57,935 nucleotides of DNA from a virus (lineage: Duplodnaviria > Caudoviricetes): positions 1 to 57,935 of IMG/VR virus record IMGVR_UViG_3300025872_000064. One strand, written 5' to 3'. Shown in pieces: positions 8,076 through 17,119 of this stretch (its first letter is position 1; each line of letters opens with the position of its first letter). The notes beneath the pieces are model-generated. The model was not told where the DNA came from. It did no database searches and saw only the letters and a list, made by a program, of their open reading frames with translations. The position numbers and the translations under genes were made by a program.

Positions 8076-8170
8076 TCCTCAAACCAAGTCGTGCAGTGCA
8101 GTAGCGAGAAATACGTCAGCACGCCGGCCGCGGCGAGAGCGCAGGAGACGTTGAGCCAGGTGTGGATCAC
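8072..8170 (-). CDS. Small hydrophobic peptide
   Basis: GTGA overlaps with both neighbours; one TM-like stretch. Confidence 0.4.
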   Translation of the reverse strand: MIHTWLNVSCALAAAGVLTYFSLLHCTTWFEE

Positions 8171-8355
8171 GCCGTCACCTTCGATTCGATGTGACGCTCG
8201 ATCTCGCGGCACTCCTGCTCGACCTCCAGGAAGCCTCGCTTGAACTCGACGACGCTCTGGCCGACGCTGCGGGCCAACTTGGGCAGCCGCGAGCCGAACA
8301 GCATCACAGCGATGCAACCGATGACGACGATCTCGATCGTTCCCAGTCCGAACAT
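8167..8355 (-). CDS. tatA: Twin-arginine translocase TatA/E subunit
   Basis: MFGLG..EIVVI..IAVMLFGSRLPKLARSVGQSVVEFKRG: TM helix, FG hinge, amphipathic helix. Confidence 0.92.
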   Translation of the reverse strand: MFGLGTIEIVVIGCIAVMLFGSRLPKLARSVGQSVVEFKRGFLEVEQECREIERHIESKVTA

Positions 8356-8360
8356 GGTTC

Positions 8361-8687
8361 CTACTCCTTGGATGACACAGAACTCACCGGCGCCGACGCA
8401 GCGACGGGATAGCGGATGACATTGAGACTTAGGCCGTGAGGCAGCACGACCATAGGAATGTCGATGGAGTTTTCAGCCAAGAACTCGCGAGCGCTGTCTT
8501 GCAGTGCTTCCAGCCGATCCGGCGAAATCGGATAGTGCAGCGAGAACACCAGAATCGCCTTCTCCTGCGGCAGTTCCTTGACCTCCGCAGTGGCCGCCTC
8601 GGCGTCAACGCCGCCTTCAGGCGACACCGATGCGGCGATGCCGACGGTGCCTGCTGAGAGCCACTGGATGAGTTCCCTGCGGTTCAT
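8361..8687 (-). CDS. Hypothetical protein with twin-arginine-like signal peptide
   Basis: MNRRELIQWLSAGTVGIAA; directly upstream of tatA. Confidence 0.65.
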   Translation of the reverse strand: MNRRELIQWLSAGTVGIAASVSPEGGVDAEAATAEVKELPQEKAILVFSLHYPISPDRLEALQDSAREFLAENSIDIPMVVLPHGLSLNVIRYPVAASAPVSSVSSKE

Positions 8688-8854
8688 CGCTTCGCCGCCT
8701 CCGAGAGCGCCTGCAACTCCGACCGCACGATCTTCGTCGTGTCCGGTGCCTTGATCGCCAGACGCACCTGGCCGTCGGCGACTCGCGTGACCATGACCTC
8801 GATGTCAGGCCCGATCTGAACCTTCTCGCCTTTGCGGCGCGTGATGACGAGCAT
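8684..8854 (-). CDS. csrA: Carbon storage regulator CsrA/RsmA
   Basis: MLVITRRKGEKVQIGPDIEV...QVRLAIKAP...IVRSEL. Confidence 0.93.
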   Translation of the reverse strand: MLVITRRKGEKVQIGPDIEVMVTRVADGQVRLAIKAPDTTKIVRSELQALSEAAKR

Positions 8855-8889
8855 GAGAAACGGCTCCTTCCGTTGTCGTGGTGAGTAGC

Positions 8890-9369
8890 CTACAGACCGC
8901 CAGACCGCTTGGCAAGCCAAGTTTTCACCGCCTCGCGAACGGCAGGGCGTGGGTGGCTTTCGGCTGCCCAGGACAGGTAGTCGGCGCCACGCGGCGTGGC
9001 GGCGGCCTCGTCGAGCGTCTGGCCGGCGTATCGGCCGTCGCGGAACCGGAATGCGTCAGGCGCCGGCTCCTGGATGACGCCGGCTATTGCCTTCGCCTCC
9101 TGCTTCGTCCCGCAGAAACAGCACTCCAGGAGCCACTGGCCGCGATCCTCGTCGAGGATGTCATGGCACTCGGCTACGCAGGCATCGTCGGCACAGACGT
9201 AGGCGTGGTCGATGCGGCCGAGGGGGCGAAGTTCCTTTATAGATTGCGACACATCGAAAGCCGGGACGAACTCGTTTTGACCTCCCCTACTAGCGTCGCG
9301 CTTGCGCGCACGCCGGGGCTGCCTCTTCTGATCCTCCGGCGGCAGCGATGTCTCGAATAGTAGGCTCAT
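8890..9369 (-). CDS. Hypothetical protein with Cys cluster and ExoX/DUF3820-like C-terminal domain
   Basis: C..C / CC.CG; FRDGRYAGQTL...DYLSW. Confidence 0.6.
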   Translation of the reverse strand: MSLLFETSLPPEDQKRQPRRARKRDASRGGQNEFVPAFDVSQSIKELRPLGRIDHAYVCADDACVAECHDILDEDRGQWLLECCFCGTKQEAKAIAGVIQEPAPDAFRFRDGRYAGQTLDEAAATPRGADYLSWAAESHPRPAVREAVKTWLAKRSGGL

Positions 9370-11006
9370 AGGGGCAACTCCATTGCGTTGGGTTCATCGG
9401 ACTCACAGACGATCAGCCGCTCCTTGGCGCGGGTCACGCCGACGTATTCGATGCGGCACTCCTCGTCGAACGTGGCGGGGTCCAGTTGCCGCTCCTTCTC
9501 GACGCGGGTCGCCGTCTCCGTCGCCAGGACGACGTCCTGGGCCTCCATTCCCTTGGCCCCGTGGATCGTGGACAGCCGCACGTTCGGCGTCGTCGCCACG
9601 CCGGGGCCGTGCTTCTTCGCGGCGTGATACCACTTCGCGCCGCCGTCCAGGAGGTCGGCCCACTTCCCATCGGCAACGTGCTGCGCCAGCAGAGGCGTGC
9701 AGCCCCCAACGGTGACAAGCTCGTCTGCCCCCATGTAGTCCACATGATCCTTGAACCGTCCGTCCCGCCACGCCTTCTTCGCCCCGTGGAGGAGGAACTG
9801 GTCGCCCATCGACCGGGCCGGCGTCAGTTCGATGGCAGTCTGCCACTCGTCGTGGCCGATGCCCTTGCCGTGTTGTAGTTTCCAGTAGGCATTGAACGCG
9901 GTCAATGCCTTCGTATCGTCGCTTTTGGTGATCCTGGCGTGCGGAATCTTCCTGGCTGTGAGGATGTCCTCGAACTTCGCCAGCGAGAAATTGCACCGTG
10001 CCAGCACCAGGGTCGTCCGCGAACCGTCGACCTGGGCGAGGGCGTGCTCAATCGACGGCTCGCGGATCACGCACCCGTCATGCGAGGCCGGAGCGATCCC
10101 GCGGTCGAAGTATCCCGTCCGCATCCGCTTCAGGCACCGCTCGCCCAGTTCCATCACCGCCCGCGGGCAGCGGTAGGACTGCGGCATCGTCCGCTCCTTG
10201 TCGACTTCCCAAGATAGGAAGTTTCGGTAATCTGCACCGCCAAAGCCAAAGACCGACTGGAATGGGTCTGCGGCGAGGAACACCCACTTCACATCCGGCC
10301 CAGAAGCGAGCCGCCGGCAGACCATGTCGACCAACTTCGACGAGTCTTGGGCCTCGTCGAATATCCATGCCTTCACGCCGACGGGCTGGATGCCGTTCGG
10401 CTCGACGGACTCCGGCCCGTCGATGGTGAACCGAACGCCCGAGAACATCGCCAGCGTGTCGACGTAGTCGACGCGGCCGTCGATCTTCTTGGCGTCCTCG
10501 TATGCCTTAACCCAGAACTTCACCGTCTCGAGCGACGGGACGTCCAGACCAGCCACCGAACGCCTGGCGTGAACGTCGGCCAGCGGCTCGACGCGGTTGC
10601 GGGAGACGTCCCAGAGCGACAGGGAAATCGCCGCCTCGTCGTCGCCGACGACCGAGGTGAACCCGCTGTCGTCGACCTTCTTCCACTCCACCCGCACCCG
10701 GAGGCGGTCGGCGATCCACTTCGTGGACTCGTTGTCGGCCTTAAGGAGGTCGCCGTTCTTGATCTCCAGTTGCCGGTAGCACGTTGAATGCACCGTCCTG
10801 AACCACCCATGCTTCTCCAGGACGCTGGGGTGGCAGTCGAACCGCTCCGACGCCCTGGACACCATCTCGGCCCTGGCGGCCTTGGTGAACGACGCAAAGC
10901 CGATCTGCGACGGCTCGCCGATCCGCTCCACGACGTCGCCCATGATCTTGAGCAACTCCGTCGTTTTCCCCGTCCCAGCCCCACCGACAAGCCTCGCTGA
11001 TTGCAT
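9366..11006 (-). CDS. UvrD/Rep superfamily 1 helicase
   Basis: GGAGTGKTT, FDEAQD, DPFQSVFGFGGA, QSYRCP, STIHGAKGMEA, YVGVTRAKE. Confidence 0.93.
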   Translation of the reverse strand: MQSARLVGGAGTGKTTELLKIMGDVVERIGEPSQIGFASFTKAARAEMVSRASERFDCHPSVLEKHGWFRTVHSTCYRQLEIKNGDLLKADNESTKWIADRLRVRVEWKKVDDSGFTSVVGDDEAAISLSLWDVSRNRVEPLADVHARRSVAGLDVPSLETVKFWVKAYEDAKKIDGRVDYVDTLAMFSGVRFTIDGPESVEPNGIQPVGVKAWIFDEAQDSSKLVDMVCRRLASGPDVKWVFLAADPFQSVFGFGGADYRNFLSWEVDKERTMPQSYRCPRAVMELGERCLKRMRTGYFDRGIAPASHDGCVIREPSIEHALAQVDGSRTTLVLARCNFSLAKFEDILTARKIPHARITKSDDTKALTAFNAYWKLQHGKGIGHDEWQTAIELTPARSMGDQFLLHGAKKAWRDGRFKDHVDYMGADELVTVGGCTPLLAQHVADGKWADLLDGGAKWYHAAKKHGPGVATTPNVRLSTIHGAKGMEAQDVVLATETATRVEKERQLDPATFDEECRIEYVGVTRAKERLIVCESDEPNAMELPL

Positions 11007-11085
11007 GGCCCGTTTTCCTCCTTGTTTGGTTTTTTGTGGGCCGGTTTCCGGTCCACCGTAAGTCCTTTATTTCCAGGCACTTTCG

Positions 11086-12834
11086 TCACGTTGGACCGCA
11101 AACCAGCGTTCCCGCGCTCGTCACTGGGTTTTGATTTTCAATTTCCCCCCTATCTATAAGGCCACTTTGCGGGACACCGCCTTCAGGATGGGCAATGTTT
11201 TCAAGATGGGTAATGTGCTTCTGCGTCCACACGACGTACCGGCGCCTCACGCCGGTCGCGGTTCGGTGCCGGTCGATTCTGAACTCCGGCTCGCCGGAGG
11301 CAGCCAGGATGCGTCGCTTGAGGGCGATGCACTCCCCCTCGGCCAGACGCACCTTCCGGTTCTTCTGAATGTCCTCCCAGACACGATTCCATGAGAAGTA
11401 GAGCAGTGGCTCCCCCTCGGCTGAATTGACCCAGGAGGGCCGTCCAGAGGGGTGTGGCGCGGTGCCGTCCGCGTCGGCCTCCGGCCGTACGGCTGCCGAC
11501 AGTCCGTCGAGCAGCCAGCCGGCGACGACGGCGAACCGCTGCTGTTCCGCCGGAGGCCACTCCTCTGTCTTCTCGTCCATGAGTTTGACCTTCAGGCCGC
11601 GGACCCGCGTCCACGCCTTCTCGCCCTCCTTCTTGAAGGAGAAGCCGTTCCAAATCTTGGCCCACTCCTTCGGGTTCGGGTCGGTGACGTCGATCGTCCC
11701 AGTGGCCTCAAGAATCTTGCGGGCCACCGAGATCGGGCTGCTCCAGTCGGCGCTCGAGAGCGAGACATGGACATGGTCGGCCCTCCCGTCGCTGTTGGCG
11801 ACGACCGGAACGTGCAATTTGAACTCCTTGGGGTCGGAATGCACGACCGTCAACTTCCACATTCCAGGGAACCACTCGCCGCCGCGGAACTCGAGGCCGC
11901 TGGCCGCGTGGACGTTCCTGGCCTTCGCCTCCTCGACCTTCTTGTCTGCGTCCTGGTCTGTGCTCGCGATCTTCGTCGCCCCGGCCGCGCGGGCCTTCAT
12001 GCCCCACCGCAACTGGCTCATCCAGATTTGCCGCAGTTCCGGCTCTTCTAGCTCTGGACTGCATTGGGTCTTGTTGAGCGACCGCATAACCATCAGGACG
12101 TTCTGCTGCTCCGCAGGGTCGTGCGGATCGCGCATTCGCATGACTTCAGATGAAATCCACGCCACCATCGAGTCGTGACGCTCGCCCTTCCCCACAACAC
12201 GCTCGAAGAGCGTGTTCTTCGTGATCACGCCTTCTCCAGAAGTCTCGCCAGCGCACGCCGAAATCACGGCCAGCACGAGCGCCTCTGGTAGACGCGCTGG
12301 CTCGATTTCGTCCGGTGATCGCCCCGCATCCCACTTGTAGACGTTCCCGGTGTGGTGGCGGCTGGGGGGGATGATCGACTGCGCCTGCTTTCCGCCGCCG
12401 CCGAATCGAACCTCTAGGCCACCAATCTTCTTGACGCCGCGTGGAATGGAGATCAACCGCTCGTCCATGAGCCAGAGGCGGTGGCCGCCGCGGTTCGACG
12501 AGTAGCCAATTGTGCGGGCGTTGATGATCCCGAACTTCTTCGCCGTCTCGAGCGACTTCTCGTCGTCCCATTCGGTGTCGACCAGGCCGCTGGCAGTGCC
12601 GAGCGGCAGTCCGATGTTCCACCGCTCGCCACCCTCGAACCACGAGGCGATCGTGTCCTCGTCCTTCGTGGCGTGCGGAAGCCAGTCGTTTTCTACAGGG
12701 TGCTTCCCAGGAGTCGCGCATGAGAATCCGAGGCGGCACATGCAGGCACCGTCCTCTCGCATTCCATAGTTCCGCACCAGCGGCCAGCCGAACTCTGCGG
12801 CGTAGTGAGCCGCCGCCTTAAATATGTCTGTCAT
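11086..12834 (-). CDS. Bifunctional DNA primase/polymerase (Prim-Pol) with PriCT-like region
   Basis: C.C...C..PGKHP, WNIGLP.G..SGLVD.E.D, GGHR, IIPPSRHHTG..Y.W, GERHD. Confidence 0.85.
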   Translation of the reverse strand: MTDIFKAAAHYAAEFGWPLVRNYGMREDGACMCRLGFSCATPGKHPVENDWLPHATKDEDTIASWFEGGERWNIGLPLGTASGLVDTEWDDEKSLETAKKFGIINARTIGYSSNRGGHRLWLMDERLISIPRGVKKIGGLEVRFGGGGKQAQSIIPPSRHHTGNVYKWDAGRSPDEIEPARLPEALVLAVISACAGETSGEGVITKNTLFERVVGKGERHDSMVAWISSEVMRMRDPHDPAEQQNVLMVMRSLNKTQCSPELEEPELRQIWMSQLRWGMKARAAGATKIASTDQDADKKVEEAKARNVHAASGLEFRGGEWFPGMWKLTVVHSDPKEFKLHVPVVANSDGRADHVHVSLSSADWSSPISVARKILEATGTIDVTDPNPKEWAKIWNGFSFKKEGEKAWTRVRGLKVKLMDEKTEEWPPAEQQRFAVVAGWLLDGLSAAVRPEADADGTAPHPSGRPSWVNSAEGEPLLYFSWNRVWEDIQKNRKVRLAEGECIALKRRILAASGEPEFRIDRHRTATGVRRRYVVWTQKHITHLENIAHPEGGVPQSGLIDRGEIENQNPVTSAGTLVCGPT

Positions 12835-13346
12835 GTGCTCCTCCTTGGCAACCACTGAACAATGTTTCCTGCTTCGTTCCACAACTCTGCGGAGACGGAA
12901 TGCTGATACGGGCCGGAGTTGCCGTCGCCTGGCACAAAGAATCTCAAGTCATAGTCGCCACCTCCGTCGCCGTGACAGATACAAAACCTCGCGACGTCTG
13001 GAGTAAGGCCGAATCTCCCGCCGGCATCTACGTCTATGGATGACTCATTGCCAAAGTCATCGAAGACACACCCCCACGAAACCCTTGACACAAAATGACC
13101 CCTGAACTCCTCGTCGTCCGAGTAAGGCTTCACCTCGACGTAAAGGTCATGAAATCCACCGCACTCCGAGTGGTGGCATGGAAACTTCAAGTAGAAGTCA
13201 GGCGTCCACCCATCTAGGTCTATTGGCTCGTACCTCCACTCCCATCCGAGAAGGTCGAAGAATGCCGCCCAGCGTGCCTCGAGACGCGAGCGAAACATGA
13301 CGCCGCCGTACTTGGTCTGGTGCGCCTTGATGGTGTATTTCTTCAC
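12831..13346 (-). CDS. PD-(D/E)xK nuclease-like protein
   Basis: FRSRLEARWA.FFD..GW.W.YEP, PDF, VEVKP. Confidence 0.8.
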   Translation of the reverse strand: MKKYTIKAHQTKYGGVMFRSRLEARWAAFFDLLGWEWRYEPIDLDGWTPDFYLKFPCHHSECGGFHDLYVEVKPYSDDEEFRGHFVSRVSWGCVFDDFGNESSIDVDAGGRFGLTPDVARFCICHGDGGGDYDLRFFVPGDGNSGPYQHSVSAELWNEAGNIVQWLPRRST

Positions 13347-13367
13347 GGCAAGACTTTTTGTTGGTGT

Positions 13368-13411
13368 AAGAAATCCCCTCCCGGCCCCGCAGTCGCAGGG
13401 GCCGGGAGGGG
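13368..13411 (-). terminator. Probable intrinsic terminator
   Basis: 14-bp perfect stem CCCCTCCCGGCCCC/GGGGCCGGGAGGGG followed by ATTTCTT on the minus strand. Confidence 0.6.
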
Positions 13412-13555
13412 CGAAGTCGTCCGCTGCCGTGGCGGGAAAGGGAAAAACGCCAGAGGGTCAGTCAGACTTCCTGCCGTTACTAGGCCACAAGCAGGCTGGG
13501 CCTGCCGGTCCACGGTGATGAGTCGTGGTTTGGGCCTCCGGCCAGGCCGCCGTGA

Positions 13556-14335
13556 TCACTCCTCGTCGTGGTCGCCGCCGGCTTCCACAACCGCGCCGGC
13601 CGGGGGAGCGGAGAACATCCGCTTGAGCGGCTCGACGTAGATGCGTCGCGCCACCTCGCCCTGCTCCTCGCTGACGAGGCCGACGACGCGAGGGACGATG
13701 ACGCTGTACGGCTGGCCGCCGCTGCTCTTCGCCTTCTCGAGCTTCAGCCCGATCACGCACTCGTAGTGGAACGATGGCAGACGCTTCAGAAACGGCAGGA
13801 GGCCACGCAGGCTCCCTGGCCCGACCGTCACCAGGATCGGCCAGACGTCGCCCTCGCGGAGGATAGCGATGATCCGGCTCTCCTTGCACCTCTTCCCGGC
13901 ACCGCCACGGGCCGAGCCGTAGCCGAACTCGGGCGAGTTCGCGAGCGCCGTCCAGTCATAGCGACGGTCGCCGATCCGAAACTTCTCGAGCACCTTCGGG
14001 TCGATGTTGCTCCCCAGGTCGTCCGACACGCGGTAGCCGACGAGGAGATCGTTCGTCACGATCACCGGCCGCTGATCCGTCGGGTCGTCCTGGGGCCAGA
14101 GCACACCGCGCTTGGCGATGCCGACGCACAGGCCGACGAGTTCGTCGAACGACTCGTCGTTCCCGTTCACCGGCACCGTCCACTTCGTGCCACCGCCCGC
14201 CGGGGTCTTCACCCTGACGAGGTCTTGCTCGTTCATCGGCTCGCCATCGAGGTTCGCCTCGATGATCCGCATCTGCCGACTGTCAGCCCGCAGGGCTGGA
14301 TAGTCGATCGTCTTCGTCGAAATCGCAGTCGTCAT
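13556..14335 (-). CDS. Putative ssDNA-binding/annealing replication protein
   Basis: Position in replication module; RVKTPAGGG..W, GKRCK; acidic C-terminus. Confidence 0.55.
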   Translation of the reverse strand: MTTAISTKTIDYPALRADSRQMRIIEANLDGEPMNEQDLVRVKTPAGGGTKWTVPVNGNDESFDELVGLCVGIAKRGVLWPQDDPTDQRPVIVTNDLLVGYRVSDDLGSNIDPKVLEKFRIGDRRYDWTALANSPEFGYGSARGGAGKRCKESRIIAILREGDVWPILVTVGPGSLRGLLPFLKRLPSFHYECVIGLKLEKAKSSGGQPYSVIVPRVVGLVSEEQGEVARRIYVEPLKRMFSAPPAGAVVEAGGDHDEE

Positions 14336-14371
14336 GCTTTTCTCCTTGCATGAACCAATCGAACCAGAGCG

Positions 14372-14821
14372 TCAGCCAACCGTGACATGACGCAGCCGGG
14401 GGGCAACGTGCTCCCCGACAAGACCTTCAAACGCAGTTCCAGCGGAGTGGCAGGAGCGGGCATCCCTGCCCGCCTCCTTCGCCTGCTCACGCAGGAGGCT
14501 CTTCAGGCGGGCGGTGTTGACGGTCTGGAGTTGTTCCCAGCACCCAGCCTTCACCGCCGCCTTGATGACGGCCTCCTTCTTGTCCTCCGTAACGCTCATG
14601 TGGTGGTCGAACTCGACCCTCCACGACCTCCCTGCGACCCTGACTCCGTCCAGGCGTTGTGTTGTCATCTCCTCGACGGCCAGCGACTCGAGGTGCTGGC
14701 GGCGAGCCTTGAGTTGGTCGATGCGGTCATTCGCCTCGACCATCTGTATGTCGATGGCGGCGATTTCAGCGAGCACCGTGGAGAGCGTGCTGTCGGTGCT
14801 TGTAGCCTGTGATGAGTTCAT
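14372..14821 (-). CDS. Conserved phage replication-module protein (coiled coil)
   Basis: N-terminal coiled coil; TVNTARLKSLLRE motif. Confidence 0.6.
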   Translation of the reverse strand: MNSSQATSTDSTLSTVLAEIAAIDIQMVEANDRIDQLKARRQHLESLAVEEMTTQRLDGVRVAGRSWRVEFDHHMSVTEDKKEAVIKAAVKAGCWEQLQTVNTARLKSLLREQAKEAGRDARSCHSAGTAFEGLVGEHVAPRLRHVTVG

Positions 14822-16151
14822 TCACGACTTCCTTTCTGTCCCGAAGTGCCGCATAGACCCGGCCGTCCACGGTGGATCGGCCGCTGATCGTTGCGACAAG
14901 GTGGTAGATGACGGTCTTCGCCGTCTGGCCGGGGCGGTGCAGCCGCGCGACGGCCTGCTCGTATTCCGCGAGGCTGTAGCCGAGGCTGTAGAACCAGCAG
15001 TAGGCCGCCCGAGTCAGGTCGATGCCGATCCCGCCCGACTGAATCTGCGCGACAAGGACGGATGTCTTGGCCTGCTGCCAATCGGCCAGTTCGTTGCGTT
15101 CGCCGGAGAGTTCGCTGACCTTCCGCCCGAGAGCCTCGGCGATGCTCTTCGCCGCCTCGATGTCGCTCTTGAACCGACAGAAAATCACTACTGGCTCCGA
15201 CGCGGGCAAGTCCTCCAGCATATCAGACAGCATCTTCGCCTTTGCTGGATGCTCGTCGATTCTGGTGGCCGTCTTCTCGTCGTCGAACCGGACGTAGCCG
15301 CCGCAGATTTGCTGGAGACGGAGAAGCTGCACAAGGGCATTCGTCGGCGTCACCGTTCCGGCTTCGCACACCGCACAGAACTCGTTCTCAACCTCGCGGT
15401 AGAGGCTTGACTCCTTCGGCGACAGGTCGCAGGCAACGTCGTGGAACGAGATCGGCGGGAGGTCGATGACGTCGGTGGTCCGAACGTAGTGCGTCGTGGC
15501 CGCGATCTTCTTGTTGGCCTGGGCCAGATTCTTAAAGCCGACCACGAACTTCTGCGGCCCGTTGGCGAAGACGGCGTAGTTGGCTTTGTGGAGCGTGTAT
15601 GACGTACCGAAAGTGGTACAGTCCGGCGCCTCGACGGCCCGGTAGATCGCCCAGGCGTCCAGGATCGAATGCGGGATGAGCGTCCCGGTGAGGCCGAGGC
15701 GTCTGGCCGTCGGATTGGCCTTCACCATCTTGGCCGCCCAGCGGCTCGCCACGCCCGTGGCACTTTTGAGACGGTGGATTTCGTCCCAGATGAAGCAGTC
15801 CCACCGAGCCTTCTCGACGCTCTTGAGCCGCCAGACGCTCTCGTAATTGCAGACAACGAGCACCGGCGAGGTGTCGGCCAGGGCCGCAGTGACCGCCTTG
15901 TCCTTTGCGGCCGAGCCGTTCTGGTCGAGCGGGACAACTCGCAATTCGGGAAACCACATTCCAATTTGCTTGCTCCAGGCCGGAATCACGGCCTTCGGGC
16001 AGCACACGAGCGTTCGGTTCGCGCCCAGGCGGCGCAGATACTCAAGCGCCGTCCGAGTTTTGCCGCTGCCCATCCCGTGATGCAGGATGGCCGCTTGGCG
16101 GTCGAGCGCCCAGCGAATCGCGTCCTCTTGATGCTGCCAAAGCCAACGCAC
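14766..16151 (-). CDS. SNF2-like superfamily 2 helicase
   Basis: GMGSGKT, WDEIH, LTGT, SGGIGIDL, QAVARLHRPGQ. Confidence 0.93.
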   Translation of the reverse strand: MRWLWQHQEDAIRWALDRQAAILHHGMGSGKTRTALEYLRRLGANRTLVCCPKAVIPAWSKQIGMWFPELRVVPLDQNGSAAKDKAVTAALADTSPVLVVCNYESVWRLKSVEKARWDCFIWDEIHRLKSATGVASRWAAKMVKANPTARRLGLTGTLIPHSILDAWAIYRAVEAPDCTTFGTSYTLHKANYAVFANGPQKFVVGFKNLAQANKKIAATTHYVRTTDVIDLPPISFHDVACDLSPKESSLYREVENEFCAVCEAGTVTPTNALVQLLRLQQICGGYVRFDDEKTATRIDEHPAKAKMLSDMLEDLPASEPVVIFCRFKSDIEAAKSIAEALGRKVSELSGERNELADWQQAKTSVLVAQIQSGGIGIDLTRAAYCWFYSLGYSLAEYEQAVARLHRPGQTAKTVIYHLVATISGRSTVDGRVYAALRDRKEVVNELITGYKHRQHALHGAR

Positions 16152-16205
16152 GGCATTCCTCCATCCATGAGCGTGGAGGAATGTATCGGGCCGATAGGCT
16201 ACGAG

Positions 16206-16772
16206 TCAAGAGACTTTCTTTCGCGGCCGTCCAGGCTTCTTGCCGGCGGCCTCGAGCGCCCGCATCTCCTTGACGTTCTCCTGGCACGAACGCCGCGAGA
16301 TGATGAACACCTTCGACCCTGTTTTCCCCCTCGGGTTCCAGGGCTTCCTGCCGACGACCTTCCCGCTGGCGATGAGCCGCGGGATCAGCGTTTGGTGGAC
16401 ACAGAGGATTTTCGCCGCCTCGGCCATGCCGATGGCGTCGGCGAAGGCGATCGGCGCCTTCACCGCCTTCAGGTGCCGCAGGGCGTCGGGGCGTGTATGG
16501 AGCCACGAGCGTGGCCGACGCTCCGTCCTTCCGCCGGCCGCCCGAAACCGCTCGTCATAGTCCTGGTAGTTGGCCTCACACTCGGCCCCGTCATAGATCG
16601 CGTAGGTGCGGCTGGGATCGTCGGAATACAGCGAGCCGGTGACGAGGTGGGACGTCAACTGGCCCTTCTCCACCATCTTGGCCGGCTGTGTCCAATGAAT
16701 GCCCATGATGGCGGCGGCCTCCGCAGAGCCGACGGCTTGGGCAAGATAGTCAACCTTTCCCGCCTTTGCCAT
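16206..16772 (-). CDS. DNA-binding protein with two excisionase-like HTH repeats (candidate repressor or Xis)
   Basis: GSAEAAAIMGI and GMAEAAKILCV repeats; divergent from the integrase. Confidence 0.6.
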   Translation of the reverse strand: MAKAGKVDYLAQAVGSAEAAAIMGIHWTQPAKMVEKGQLTSHLVTGSLYSDDPSRTYAIYDGAECEANYQDYDERFRAAGGRTERRPRSWLHTRPDALRHLKAVKAPIAFADAIGMAEAAKILCVHQTLIPRLIASGKVVGRKPWNPRGKTGSKVFIISRRSCQENVKEMRALEAAGKKPGRPRKKVS

Positions 16773-16870
16773 TTTTCCCGCTCCTGATGGGCTTGACCTT
16801 CAGTGGAGGATAGGGGATTCTAGGGGGTGGAAGGAAGCAGGAAGCCAAAACCCCGGAAAGGAGGCCGGTC

Positions 16871-17080
16871 GTGGCCCAGCGGACATTTACGGTCCTTGTC
16901 GAATGGGAGGACGGGGAGGTGTGTGACGCCGACGAGTTCACGATCTCGGCGAAGTCTGCCGCCGAGGCAAAAACCATCGCCAGAGCCATGTGGCTCGCCA
17001 CGGCGGGCGGAAGGTATCGGTTTTGCCGGGTGAAAAAAATCTCGATTCTCACGAAACGCATGATGCGCTTGTTTGCCTGA
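16871..17080 (+). CDS. Hypothetical protein
   Basis: AAAGGAGG RBS upstream of the GTG start. Confidence 0.55.
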   Translation: MAQRTFTVLVEWEDGEVCDADEFTISAKSAAEAKTIARAMWLATAGGRYRFCRVKKISILTKRMMRLFA

Positions 17081-17119
17081 TCGCACGGATGTGGTACTCC
17101 ATTTGGAGGAGATGCCACC

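Noticed and set aside
6412-13346. Complete restriction-modification system
   Set aside because: The methyltransferases are orphan; the PD-(D/E)xK and VRR-NUC nucleases lie in replication contexts and are not paired with them
16773-17119. attP site or promoters near the integrase
   Set aside because: Only weak -35/-10 matches and no identifiable core or arm repeats; cannot be supported without the host sequence
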